Part shown: one piece after another, positions 54,079 through 64,000 of the stretch
Layout of the letters: the number at the start of each line of letters is the position of its first letter
How positions within the stretch are numbered: position 1 is the stretch's first letter
From: Candidatus Bathyarchaeota archaeon
GTDB lineage: Archaea > Thermoproteota > Bathyarchaeia > Bathyarchaeales > Bathycorpusculaceae
Assembly: GCA_963806535.1 (NCBI GenBank)
Contig: CAWDYC010000007.1
Location: 320,001-384,000, forward strand
Direction of reading: 5' to 3'
DNA length: 64,000 nucleotides
The notes under the pieces: generated by a model
Told to the model about the DNA's origin: nothing
The model's database searches: none
The model's input: only the letters and a program-made list of their open reading frames with translations
Position numbers and translations under genes: made by a program

Positions 54079-54978
54079 TCAAAAATCGATTGTTTTGCCA
54101 AGATGTTTCTTTACTTTTTTGCTTAGATCATTTATTGTTGCGAGGCTTTTCACTCTCTGCGCGTTTTCTATGCCTAATTGGACATCTTCTTTGTCGATTG
54201 TCGATTTTTGACCAAATTCGGCTGACTGTCCGGCTGTGAGTAGCATTGACATGCCGAGGCGAATATCAGCCATGTCCTCGGTTGCTTTTGCAATAGTGTT
54301 TAGTAATTCATCCGAAATAACGTTTGGTTTGAAAGCCTGCTGAGCTCGGTCTTTCAGAATTTGGAATGCTTCTGATGCTGAATATGGATTAAAAAGGATC
54401 ATCATCGGCTGTAATGTACTTAAGCATCTTTCCGGAAGTTGGGTGGCTTGACTTAATTTGTTACTTATTAGGATTAGTGTTGTTTTTGGTTGCCGATTCA
54501 AGTAGTAGATTAATGGTTCTTTTTCTTTGAAGAGAATGCTTTCAACTTCATCAATGGCTATTAAAACGGGTTTTTCTTTGAGCGTGCTCTCGAAAGCTTG
54601 TTTAAGGCGAAAAAATTGCCATCCGATTTCTGGTACTTCAATATTAAGCTGTTTAAGAATTTCAAGTAAAGTATAATATGGATTTCTGGTTCTGCCCGCA
54701 TTTACGTAGGCTGCGGCAACCGGGCAATTAATATCTTTTGAGTGCCGCAGCGTTTCCTTCAGTAAATATTGAATACTTGCTGTTTTGCCTGTCCCTGGGG
54801 GTCCCCAAACAAAGAGGTTTCTCGCGCGACCCGCAGTGAAAATGCTGGAAATGTTTGAAGCCATTGAAGCTAGATACGTTTCACGGCAAAGAGGTGTTCC
54901 GCTCGGCGGGTCCGATTGTGCATCTAAGACAACAGCATCTTGAAGTATATTGCTCTTTCTTGTTTCAAACAGCGGCAT
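54079..54978 (-). CDS. Cdc6/Orc1-like AAA+ ATPase lacking the winged-helix domain
   Basis: GPPGTGKT, YVNA, IAIDEVE, LISN, F.PY, DIR; ends after the lid domain (299 aa). Confidence 0.85.
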   Translation of the reverse strand: MPLFETRKSNILQDAVVLDAQSDPPSGTPLCRETYLASMASNISSIFTAGRARNLFVWGPPGTGKTASIQYLLKETLRHSKDINCPVAAAYVNAGRTRNPYYTLLEILKQLNIEVPEIGWQFFRLKQAFESTLKEKPVLIAIDEVESILFKEKEPLIYYLNRQPKTTLILISNKLSQATQLPERCLSTLQPMMILFNPYSASEAFQILKDRAQQAFKPNVISDELLNTIAKATEDMADIRLGMSMLLTAGQSAEFGQKSTIDKEDVQLGIENAQRVKSLATINDLSKKVKKHLGKTIDF

Positions 54979-55407
54979 GACACATCATCTCGGATAGACT
55001 TAGAGAGACAGAGAGAGACGGAGGAGGGAGGTCATGGGAAGTTCTTATTTTACACCAACCTCGGCAACCTCGACTATTAAAGTTTTTATACATGAAAATG
55101 TTGCAAAAGCAATTTCATTCCATTAGATATTGTGTTTTTTGGCGCGCCTAAGCTCACAGGTTTGAAAAACGGAAATTACTCAAAAGTTAAATTGAATGCT
55201 CTGACTTATGTTTTTCAAAAATAATCGGTAACTACGTTGGAGAAAGTGGAGTTTGAATGTAGAAGATGCGAAAAAAATAGTATCTGCTGAGCAGCATAAA
55301 ATCCTCCATTTCCGTCAAAGCTGTGAAACGTTACTTACCCCTGGACCTTAGCAGAATCCTTGGCTTTTTCAATTTTTAGCCCTTCAACATATATTTTGGT
55401 CTTAATG

Positions 55408-55450
55408 TGGCGCAGAGGAAGGGATTCGAACCCCACTTTACTAGTAAAAC
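55408..55450 (-). repeat. att-like repeat 1: AT-rich arm plus tRNA 3' end
   Basis: Minus strand GTTTTACTAGTAAAGTGGGGTTCGAATCCCTTCCTCTGCGCCA. Confidence 0.85.
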
Positions 55451-55493
55451 TAACTCAATCTTTCACAGTACTTACATGGAGATTGTTCTGAAC

Positions 55494-57086
55494 TTAACGG
55501 TAGCTAAGAAATTTACTGATATTCTTTAACAGTAGATTAGAAACGTCTATAGTCTCTTCATCAATAGCTATTACGTAAACATCTATTACGTTTCCTACTT
55601 TAGTTCTCATCATCGCTTTTTGAGCAAAGTAGGGCAAGGTTGGAGCTATTGTATATAGCACAACATGAATATGGTTAGTTAGGATAATTTGTTCCAACCA
55701 TTCAGTAAGGTCTGGTGCATTAGGAAATATGTATAGATCCCCGCTTTCACCAAAATTTAGTGCTAAACTTTTTTCATCATCATTTAACTCAAAAATGTAC
55801 TTTGGAAAAACTCGTTTTCCATGATCAAACGTTGCAAAGTCCCAGTACTGATATAGATTTAGTTGAGAATCGCAAGGCGCCTTAGGAAGCAATTTTCCGT
55901 TTTCTTCAAAAAAGTCAGTGTACCCTAATGCAGCGGCACCCATTCCTTGATTAATTACCTTTTTTCGGCTTCTTGCAATTTGGTAATCTGCAAGATAGCT
56001 GCTAATTGAGCCTTGTAAGTGTTTTACCGCATTAAAAGTTTTATGAAAATCATCGAAAGTTATTGTTTCGGAGTACTTAGTCAAAACCAACAGTTTGTCA
56101 TTAATACGGATCTCGAGTTCGTTGTGGGCTATGGCGTTTCTAAGGTGTGTGTTATAACTTGATTTGATTTCAAAGGGTAAGTTTGGTTGAAGGTATTCTA
56201 CCTTATCTGCAAGACTAGATACTTTCCTCGGCTTTCCTTTGACTTTAATTGGCGGCAATTCTACCGCTGAAAAAGGAGTTTCCTGAACTAGCTTTCCGTT
56301 AATAATATTTAGTATATTAAGAAGAAAATCAAGGTAGACATCAATTTCTACTGTGTCTTGATACGTTGATAGCTCTAATTGTATTTTCATCCTCTCAGAA
56401 TTTACCTTCTTAGTGTTTATCAGACCCTCCTGCAATGATTTTGTTGAATTTTGAGATTGTAGGACCCTTAACATATCCTCTTTGCCGTAAATGTTCATTG
56501 TAGCATGGTGGCTTTTTTTCCAGTCGCAGACTGCTAAGTAGAGCTTCTCGAATTCTTCTGGGTTTGTTTTAAACGCATCATCCAAGAGTTTCTGCACTTC
56601 TGGCATGGGTTTGTATGATATGTCTGGGAAATGATTGAACAGGACTTCCATAAAATCATAATAACCTACTAGCATTTCTGCATGCGTATTAGTGGGAAAT
56701 AGACCCAGGGCCAATTTGCTCAATGCTTCAACATCCTCTGGTTTCATATTTTGTTCCGTCTTTGTTACAAACTCATCTCTTTCGTCAATAAATTCGGTAA
56801 TCTCTTCGAAACGCTTGAGGAATTGAAAGTTTAGCATTTCTTCCTCGTAACCTTTGCATACTTTGCACGGCACATTGCTAGATTGATATCTCTTCTTTAG
56901 TTGCTCTGCTCTTTCATGCGATAATAACATTAATTCGCCGCACTCACACTGGTGTACCTCAAGCTCCGGGTACTTACCTCCGAGTACATCCTTTACATGA
57001 TCCAAAAAATTGTTACTTAAAATGCCGTGACCTCTTTTTTCAAAGAGCTTCTCGAAGCTTCGCTTCATCAATTTCTTTCCACTCAT
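55494..57086 (-). CDS. Zinc-ribbon plus putative HEPN domain protein
   Basis: N-terminal CECG...CKVC; RxxxxH motif LRNAIAHN in a helical region. Confidence 0.6.
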   Translation of the reverse strand: MSGKKLMKRSFEKLFEKRGHGILSNNFLDHVKDVLGGKYPELEVHQCECGELMLLSHERAEQLKKRYQSSNVPCKVCKGYEEEMLNFQFLKRFEEITEFIDERDEFVTKTEQNMKPEDVEALSKLALGLFPTNTHAEMLVGYYDFMEVLFNHFPDISYKPMPEVQKLLDDAFKTNPEEFEKLYLAVCDWKKSHHATMNIYGKEDMLRVLQSQNSTKSLQEGLINTKKVNSERMKIQLELSTYQDTVEIDVYLDFLLNILNIINGKLVQETPFSAVELPPIKVKGKPRKVSSLADKVEYLQPNLPFEIKSSYNTHLRNAIAHNELEIRINDKLLVLTKYSETITFDDFHKTFNAVKHLQGSISSYLADYQIARSRKKVINQGMGAAALGYTDFFEENGKLLPKAPCDSQLNLYQYWDFATFDHGKRVFPKYIFELNDDEKSLALNFGESGDLYIFPNAPDLTEWLEQIILTNHIHVVLYTIAPTLPYFAQKAMMRTKVGNVIDVYVIAIDEETIDVSNLLLKNISKFLSYR

Positions 57087-57213
57087 TAATTTTCACCATT
57101 CCTATCGCTCCCTTAATTTATACTGTTAGTGGATTATTCTTTAGAGGTCTTTTATTGAGAGTATTTTTGTTTTGCGCTCCTGTAAATAATCCCAAGATTA
57201 ATCGGAGTTTGCC

Positions 57214-57243
57214 GGGAATTCGAACCCCAATTTCATATTAAGC
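57214..57243 (-). repeat. att-like repeat 2 (T-arm core plus AT-rich arm)
   Basis: Plus strand GGGAATTCGAACCCCAATTTCATATTAAGC versus GGGATTCGAACCCCAATTTAATAGTAAACC at 62712. Confidence 0.7.
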
Positions 57244-57342
57244 TATCTATTTGGAGCACAATCCATTGGTTTTTCAGTTGAACGGTTAAGTCCATCCAAT
57301 TTAATTGGCAAACAATAAATTATTTATCCTGAGAATTAACTC

Positions 57343-59149
57343 TTAATATGCCTCTAATGCTTGAAAATACGACAAGAAGTCACCAATTAAGCGGGTGCTA
57401 AATAATTCGAAAATCTCTTTAATTGTCCGCATGTCTTCTCTATCCGTCAGTATGAAAAAAATTGGAATGGTTTCTAACTCGACTTCTAAAACATTCTTTA
57501 ATGACGATAGATTATCGACTTTATCCTTAAAGCAGTCTTCGAGTCTTCTAAAAAAGTAATAGTTCACGAGCAAATTAACATTAGCATCTGGAACTTGCTT
57601 CTCTAAGAAAGCTTCCATGGTGTGAAGTTTTAACGCAGTAATGGGATTGGTTCGTGCGGAAAATAAAATATCTTGGAATACCACAGCTAAATTAGTTACA
57701 TCCTCCGATTTACTTCCAGCAAAGGCGCGCTCTAATAAATTAGAAAAAACCTTTGCAGTAACGACAATCATAGTTTTATTTATCTGATCAAGCTTCACGA
57801 AATCAAATTCCAAGTTTATTGCTTCAGAATGTTCTTTCAACCGTGCAGTAGGTGAAGTCAAATAATGCATTATATATACCATAGATTCATCAAAAAGTTT
57901 TAGCAAGGAATAGGATTTTGAAATAAAAAGAACTGTTGGAGACGATGAAGCCGAATCAAGCAATCGTTGATTTTCACGGGCACGATAGAGAATTTGGGCA
58001 GTATATTCCTTCACACGGTCATCGGGCATTAAAAGATAGCCCATAATTGCTCTGGCAGTAATAGTAGGGCTAGCGAAACTATTCCCAGCAATATCCAAAA
58101 CATTGGTCGCTGAATGAAAGATTCTTATTAAAAGAGAATCGGAAAAAGATCTCTCTAAGCCCTCGTAAAACGTTTCATATATTTTCTCTCTTAAATAATT
58201 CATTGATTCCATAAAATCTTTGTCGTCAACAAAACAAAATTCAGATTTCTTAACATCAACTTTGAAAGTATCGTTCTTAACCTTTTCAGTAAAAGAAAGG
58301 TATTTTTTTAAGTCTTCAGACTGGAGTTGAGCGCCTAAATTTGCATGATGCGCATCCCTCGCTATCCAATCAATTCTATCTCCGTTTATTCCACCAACTT
58401 TGTGATAGGTCCCCACGATGGTGGTAAGCAAGTGAATCTTTCGAAGTAGCTCTTTATTTTCGATTTCATCAAATAGTGGTCGTTTTTCTTCCATGATGAT
58501 TTGAGCAACCACTTTCTCAAGGTTAGACCTGATATCTTCATCCTCTATTTCTTTTGAACAAATATTGAGAGCTTTTTTGATCTGATCATTTTTTAGCAGC
58601 AAATATAAAGTGATTGCACTGTCCAGTTTCTTAGGGGTATAAGTTTCCATTGTTTGTCCAAGTAATTCGACAACAAAACCTGTAATTCCGTCTAAAGCGT
58701 GTCCCCATGCAGGATGACCTAAGTCATGCAATAAAGCCGCAATCCTTAGAACGACTTCTTCATCATTTGTTATTTTAAGTGCGTTTTCGTCTTCTTTAGC
58801 TGGTAAAGAAGAGAGCTTCGAAAGGATGCTGCTGCTTTTTTGCATAACTCCGTAGACTATGCTCATATCTCGTGTGGGTAGCCCCCGGAAACAAGATGTG
58901 AGTACTTGATAGTTGCCTAATCTCCCTGAGTCGCATTACCAAAGGCAATTGAACAAGATACATTATGTACTTTGGAAGATCGGTTTTCCCGTAAATAGGC
59001 AGTATTTCAGAACTCGCCTTTACCTTATCATAATCATTTATGATTTGTCCTGGTTCCCGATCATAACTTGATTCGTAATATCCTACTAATTCATAGAAAA
59101 GAGGGCCAAAAATGTTGTAGGTGTCTCGCCAGTATACTGGAGATGTCAC
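57343..59149 (-). CDS. HD-domain dNTP triphosphohydrolase (SAMHD1/YwfO/dGTPase-like), one frameshift near 58853
   Basis: RLREIRQL...FPGATHTRYEHSL(G), AALLHDLGH...GH, DRIDWIARD. Confidence 0.88.
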
Positions 59150-59535
59150 GTAGAAGTAACCACACAGGGGCTTTCTTTAACAGCTTCGTTTATCCTGATG
59201 GTGTATTGGTCAAAAAGCTTAACTCCTGTTAGATTTGCTGAATCTTCTACTACCTTAACTATTTTGTTCAATTTTGTTTGGTCTGTAATTTTTATTCTTA
59301 CTTTTTCTATATTATTCTCGTTGCCTTCTAATTGAACAATTCCGAGTTTCTGCAAGTATCTAAAATCGTCATAAAGATCTTCTTCACCATCGTGAAACAC
59401 CAGTTTCTTTTTTCGCCAAAGAATATCAAATACAAAATCGGAAAATTCTTTGAATTGCAAATCATCGCACTTTTGTGGACGCCCTTCACATTTCTCGCAA
59501 TATTTTCCAAATATATACGTTGTATAAGTCCACAT
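59146..59535 (-). CDS. Small hypothetical protein, possibly wHTH
   Basis: Overlaps the HD gene start by 4 nt; CEKC, LYDDFRYLQKLGIVQL. Confidence 0.6.
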   Translation of the reverse strand: MWTYTTYIFGKYCEKCEGRPQKCDDLQFKEFSDFVFDILWRKKKLVFHDGEEDLYDDFRYLQKLGIVQLEGNENNIEKVRIKITDQTKLNKIVKVVEDSANLTGVKLFDQYTIRINEAVKESPCVVTST

Positions 59536-59670
59536 TTCAATTTCTCCTCAATATCCTTCTATTGCATTCCGTAACTTAGGGTTTTTGGTGTGTTACAGGT
59601 TACGTAACGCATAACGCTAATTAAGTACTTTAGGTATTTATTTTTTGCCCTCAGTCCAGGTGTCCATCAA

Positions 59671-60426
59671 TTGTCTTTTGATATACTTCGCAAAGAGAAA
59701 ACCGTGGATATACTCCTAACCTTACTTAAGGGGGCTAAAGGAATTAGGGAAATCCAAGAATCAATTGGCGGCAGTAATTCAACGCTTATTCAAAGAATCA
59801 AAGAATTATTACTTGAGGAATGCTTAATCGATGATTACTTAACTGGAGAAGAATTTGGAAAAATACCGAGAAACAAACGCTTGATTCGATTAACACCTAA
59901 GGGAAAGAAAATAGTTGATTCTCTAATAGAATCTGGGTTCGTTAAACAATCTTGTCTTGAAAAAGATAGACAAAAATGGATTCTTTGCTCGCTTGATATT
60001 CTGGCAAATGTCAAAGGAAATACAAGAATGACAAAACTGCTTTTCTTGCTTCGAAATGAATTAGGGGCAAGAACAGGTAATTTTTTCAGGTTCAAACCTC
60101 ATTTTTATGGTCCATACTCAAATCAGGTGGCTGATGATCTAATTTCTATTGAAAAACTTGGGCTATTATACAAAAGAGCAATTCGTTTCAAGAAGCGAGA
60201 CTGTGGAGATGAACGAGTTGTTTACGAATATTCGCTTACAGAAAACGGCAAATCAGTCAGCCAAGAACTTTTTAAGACGCTTCAACCTGGTGAAATCAAA
60301 GCAATTCAAAGACTCAAAATTTACAATCAGATGCCCCTCGATGATTTGCTAAAATATGTTTATCGCCAATACCCGAGTTTTACCACTAAATCCAGGAATA
60401 CTCAAAAAAACCCTTGGAGAAAGTAA
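59671..60426 (+). CDS. wHTH regulator fused to YwgA/SocA(DUF4065)-like domain
   Basis: N-terminal wHTH (IRLTPKG); TRMTKLLFLL...FKPHFYGPYSNQVADDL...YSLTENG. Confidence 0.75.
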   Translation: MSFDILRKEKTVDILLTLLKGAKGIREIQESIGGSNSTLIQRIKELLLEECLIDDYLTGEEFGKIPRNKRLIRLTPKGKKIVDSLIESGFVKQSCLEKDRQKWILCSLDILANVKGNTRMTKLLFLLRNELGARTGNFFRFKPHFYGPYSNQVADDLISIEKLGLLYKRAIRFKKRDCGDERVVYEYSLTENGKSVSQELFKTLQPGEIKAIQRLKIYNQMPLDDLLKYVYRQYPSFTTKSRNTQKNPWRK

Positions 60427-60502
60427 TGTTGGATAAAAGAATGCTATTTTTATTATGTAGTATAGACTTTGAAGATTTGTTAACTTACCGCAAAAGTTTA
60501 AT

Positions 60503-61618
60503 TTGTTTCCTAACAATGAGGGTTTCCAAGAAGAAAATTCGGGGAGTGCCACTTTGTCTGAGCAGATAGTGCAAATTGTTGATAGAAATACCTTGTACAT
60601 GCACTACGATAAAGTTTACACTATGCGAGGGAGAAAGCCCTCTCTGAAGGCTTTAATTGTGTTATCAGATATTTCTGTTAACGAATTGGAAGACTGTCTA
60701 AAACGCAAGTATAGTCTACATAAACAATACTTCATAAAAGTAAATCCGTTGAGCGATTCGCTCTATAGCGTTGTTATTCAAAGGACAATTGGTATCGAAC
60801 AAATACGAGATGAAGTCTTCATCGATACTGGATGCAAAGGAATCTGGATAATTCTAACCGAGGCTGAATCCTACTTCGTTAAGCGTGTTGTCGAGTCTTT
60901 ATGCAAAAAGATGTATCCATTAATTTCAATGTTTTACCTAAACTATTCTCAGATGCGTTTTCTTACCGAAACCATTGAGAAAACCTGCGAAGGGGAAGTT
61001 GCGCTTACTTACTTTACAATAAAAAGATTCAAGGATGATGATGAAGCAACCGAGGCAATGTGGGCTAAGGACGTTGATAAGGAAATCAAAAGATTGTTGC
61101 TTGACGGATTTACTGTAAAAGTTGATAGATTGGAATTTAAGCTAAAAGACAAAGAAGGAGCAATCCTCAGAGCCCAGCTATCCAGAAAAGGGATCTGTGA
61201 ATTGAAATATGGAAGCTTCTCGTCATTTTACCAGAATGTTGTTTTTAACGCAATAGAATATGGATTAACCCAAAAGAAATTCTATTCAGAACGGCAAAGA
61301 AGCGTAGAGAAAGGAACAATACAGGTCTTTCCTCTAAAAATTGATTATGATTATTATATTCACGAAGAGCAAATGGCACGTTTTATTAAGAAAATAACTG
61401 GTAGTTATTCATGCTCTGTTGTTCATGCAGGAAATCCATATTTTGTTGCTGATTTATGTGATTACGGGGACGGTTCATCATTTGGTCTCGCTATTTTAGG
61501 AAGTTCAATCACCCTAACTCCAATTTCTAGAGCCAATGCTTCTGCAGTATGGAAATTAACTGGTGAACTTCAGGAAATATTCGGGGACGGCAAGGTCATA
61601 GATGTTAAAATGGAGTAA
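60503..61618 (+). CDS. Hypothetical protein
   Basis: Long ORF in the operon; no motif recognised; start may be ATG at 60599. Confidence 0.7.
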   Translation: MFPNNEGFQEENSGSATLSEQIVQIVDRNTLYMHYDKVYTMRGRKPSLKALIVLSDISVNELEDCLKRKYSLHKQYFIKVNPLSDSLYSVVIQRTIGIEQIRDEVFIDTGCKGIWIILTEAESYFVKRVVESLCKKMYPLISMFYLNYSQMRFLTETIEKTCEGEVALTYFTIKRFKDDDEATEAMWAKDVDKEIKRLLLDGFTVKVDRLEFKLKDKEGAILRAQLSRKGICELKYGSFSSFYQNVVFNAIEYGLTQKKFYSERQRSVEKGTIQVFPLKIDYDYYIHEEQMARFIKKITGSYSCSVVHAGNPYFVADLCDYGDGSSFGLAILGSSITLTPISRANASAVWKLTGELQEIFGDGKVIDVKME

Positions 61619-61623
61619 AAGCA

Positions 61624-62682
61624 TTGTTTAGTCTGCTAACTAAACAACAGCAGTATGAAAAGGAAATCCGAAAGTATTCAGATACAGTCGCAGTTCTGTC
61701 TGCAGTTTATAGCATTTTGAAGCAAAATCCCCCAATCGCAGAGTATGTTGGTGTTGAAACCAGACTGATGAATGAGCGTGGGAAAGAAATTGAACCAGAC
61801 TTAACTGCAATGTACGATATGCGAAGGAAAGGGTTGCTTTTCGAATTCAAGTGGTCAATGTCGTTTTCGGATGAATGGCTTAAACAAGATATTGAGAGTC
61901 TCGAAGAGTATTCAATAAAATGTTCAAAGTGGAGAAATTCCACGGGCACAGTTGATTATCATGATCTCGTCCTTGTTTGCCACATGGAGGACGCGGCAAG
62001 AGCAACGGAATTAATTACTAAAATGGCGAGTAATTCTAAATACGCGTATTTGGCTTCTGAGGGATTTGCTGTGTGGACATGGATTATTTCTGTTTCTCGG
62101 AAAGGTGGTTGTGGAGAAAACCTCATTTTGACTAGACAATATGGAAAGATACGTAATTCAGACTTAGACAATAAAACAAAACCTCCGACGGGACTGGTTC
62201 TTCCTGACGAAGCATTAACCTATCTCAGAACCTCTTTTCATTTTATTAAAATGAAGCCTCCAGTTCAATATACGATAATAAAACTAATCCAACATGTTTT
62301 CTCTCAATTCCAAGATTCAAGACGGGGCAAGGATGTTTATGAGTTAACGACTGACATGATTTACGAAAAAGCTCAGGTAATTTTCTTTTCTTGGAGAGAT
62401 ATAGATGTACAAACCGTACAAGCAAAGAGAAAATGGGTTGTTGAGGCATTAGAAATGATGTACGCGTTGAAATTAATAGGAAAGACAATTGACAAGTCTA
62501 AGTGGCTCGTACCAATACCTACAACGCGCCCTAGGATTCAAATGCAAGAGGCCATCTGTAAGAAACTAGCAAAATATACCCTGAAAGAGACTTCTCCCAG
62601 AAAACACAGATTAAAACCTCCTAAATCTGATAGCAAACCTCGACCGGGACTGAAAGCAACTACATTAATGGATTATAAATGA
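61624..62682 (+). CDS. Putative PD-(D/E)xK nuclease-domain protein
   Basis: E.....EIEPDLTAMY......LLFEFK. Confidence 0.6.
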   Translation: MFSLLTKQQQYEKEIRKYSDTVAVLSAVYSILKQNPPIAEYVGVETRLMNERGKEIEPDLTAMYDMRRKGLLFEFKWSMSFSDEWLKQDIESLEEYSIKCSKWRNSTGTVDYHDLVLVCHMEDAARATELITKMASNSKYAYLASEGFAVWTWIISVSRKGGCGENLILTRQYGKIRNSDLDNKTKPPTGLVLPDEALTYLRTSFHFIKMKPPVQYTIIKLIQHVFSQFQDSRRGKDVYELTTDMIYEKAQVIFFSWRDIDVQTVQAKRKWVVEALEMMYALKLIGKTIDKSKWLVPIPTTRPRIQMQEAICKKLAKYTLKETSPRKHRLKPPKSDSKPRPGLKATTLMDYK

Positions 62683-62697
62683 TACGATAAGTTTTGT

Positions 62698-62741
62698 TGG
62701 CGCTGGGGGAAGGGATTCGAACCCCAATTTAATAGTAAACC
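62698..62741 (-). repeat. att-like repeat 3: AT-rich arm plus tRNA 3' end
   Basis: Minus strand GGTTTACTATTAAATTGGGGTTCGAATCCCTTCCCCCAGCGCCA. Confidence 0.85.
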
Positions 62742-62835
62742 GCTAAGGTTTTGCTTACTTTCTTTCTGACAATGGTGGTAGAACGCAGCTTATCGTTAAA
62801 GCAATCGTTAGAACTAAAAATCATAAAGAAGAACC

Positions 62836-62869
62836 AAGGTTTTGAACCCATTTTCAGACTGGTAAAAAC
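62836..62869 (-). repeat. Degenerate att-like repeat 4
   Basis: Plus strand AAGGTTTTGAACCCATTTTCAGACTGGTAAAAAC resembles repeats 1 and 3. Confidence 0.4.
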
Positions 62870-63338
62870 TATTTTTGATTTCAGAAAATTGCTATTTTTA
62901 TATCGTTTTGCAGTGTTTAGAACCTTTCTTTTCAGATGTAAGTAGCAATTTTTAAAACTAAATTTGAGTTTTTTACACAGCCTGATTTTGGGTTAAAACC
63001 ATAGAGACTCAAATCGTTTCTGATTCGAATCCAACCATAAATAAATTTCTCACCTACTTGTCCTCATTTCTTGAGTTTCAGGGTTTCTACTTCTGCATCG
63101 TTTATGTATCATACTAACAAGCCGCACTCCCAACTTTTAGGTGAAGGGGGCGAACAAGAGAAGGAGCTAGAGCGATTGCTCGCTAAATATCTGGTGTAGC
63201 AGAAATAGCCTCAATCTTAAAAAACTATTTATTTCGACCCAATGGGTACGCACAAAGCATAAATGCAAACTGAATCAATATTCACGACGGGGTTCAGTTT
63301 CGCATCCAATATGCTTCCAGTTACCTAAAAAAGATTAG

Positions 63339-64000
63339 TTAGGTACTGGGCTTTATTTTTTGCTCTCTAAGTTCTTCATTAGTGTACTCCCTAATTATAC
63401 CCTGTAAGCCTTTGCTTATTATCCACATAAAAACATAGGATAAAACAAAAACCGTACCAAGAACTGCTGGTATAGCAAGCAACTGAAGCCCAAGTTGGTG
63501 CAAGGCTTGCATGCCGCCACCAAATAATAGACCATTTGGTAAGCCAGAGCCACCTCCAAAAGAAGCGTATGAATACTGCGCAAAGAACGCCACCATAACA
63601 AAACCAAATATACCGCCAAGAAAATGACCTGGAAAAAGACCAACTGGATCAGTAAACCATTTGGCTCTCTGAAATAATTTCTCACCTAAAAGAAATACAA
63701 TTGAACCTAATATTCCAAGAATTACAGCGCTACCTGGACTAACATAACCGGCAACGGGTGTGATAACGATTAAACCGATAAGAATACCATTTGCAGCATA
63801 CATTATACCCGGCAGTTTTCTTATCTCTAGAAACTTGAAAAACATGGTAAATAGGAAACCAGTTGAAGCAGCCAAGAAAGTGATCAATACCACAATGTAG
63901 GATTGGATATTTAGCGCTAATGTGCTTCCTGGATTGAAACCAAACCAGCCGAGCCAAAGCAGAAGAATTGACAAAGATAGCCAAGGCGTGTTTGGCTTAG
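63339..64000 (-). CDS. amt: Ammonium transporter (5' part outside window)
   Basis: LLWLGWFGFNPGS, NGILIGLIVITP, DPVGLFPGH. Confidence 0.92.
   Translation of the reverse strand, partial: KPNTPWLSLSILLLWLGWFGFNPGSTLALNIQSYIVVLITFLAASTGFLFTMFFKFLEIRKLPGIMYAANGILIGLIVITPVAGYVSPGSAVILGILGSIVFLLGEKLFQRAKWFTDPVGLFPGHFLGGIFGFVMVAFFAQYSYASFGGGSGLPNGLLFGGGMQALHQLGLQLLAIPAVLGTVFVLSYVFMWIISKGLQGIIREYTNEELREQKIKPST

Larger units (their letters stand above)
53738..63012. mobile_element. Accessory/defence island with tRNA-derived att-like repeats (boundaries approximate)
   Basis: Cdc6 paralog, defence-type genes and repeated tRNA 3' fragments between core genes aclA and amt; no integrase seen. Confidence 0.6.

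Noticed and set aside
55408-62741. Functional tRNA genes or a CRISPR array
   Set aside because: Only T arm and 3' acceptor strand are present; repeats are kilobases apart and no cas genes are seen

Overview
Archaeal chromosomal window, most likely Bathyarchaeia/TACK. This is inferred from PolD (DP1/DP2), Elf1, GGGP synthase, Cdc6/Orc1 and a large secreted PQQ-like beta-propeller protein. The centre (about 18.5-53.7 kb) is core genome. It includes the replication origin (ORB repeats and an AT-rich DUE at about 33.7-34.3 kb, next to cdc6 and DP1) and an acn-icd-aclB-aclA operon. Left of oriC is a three-gene HTH/wHTH cluster, including a membrane-anchored coiled-coil wHTH protein, set among dense, partly helically phased RTCAC/TTCAC repeats. 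This is a candidate origin-tethering or segregation system. Both flanks are accessory. The left flank has a tRNA-Ala fragment, small genes and an intact-looking terminase with no capsid or portal genes. The right flank (53.7-63.3 kb) has a winged-helix-less Cdc6 paralog and putative defence modules (HEPN, HD dNTPase, YwgA/SocA-like, PD-(D/E)xK). These modules are delimited by repeated tRNA-3'-end-derived att-like sites, with no integrase or intact tRNA in the window. Many single-base frameshifts, even in essential genes, point to sequencing/assembly indels rather than biology. All product calls rest on motif recognition, not database searches.
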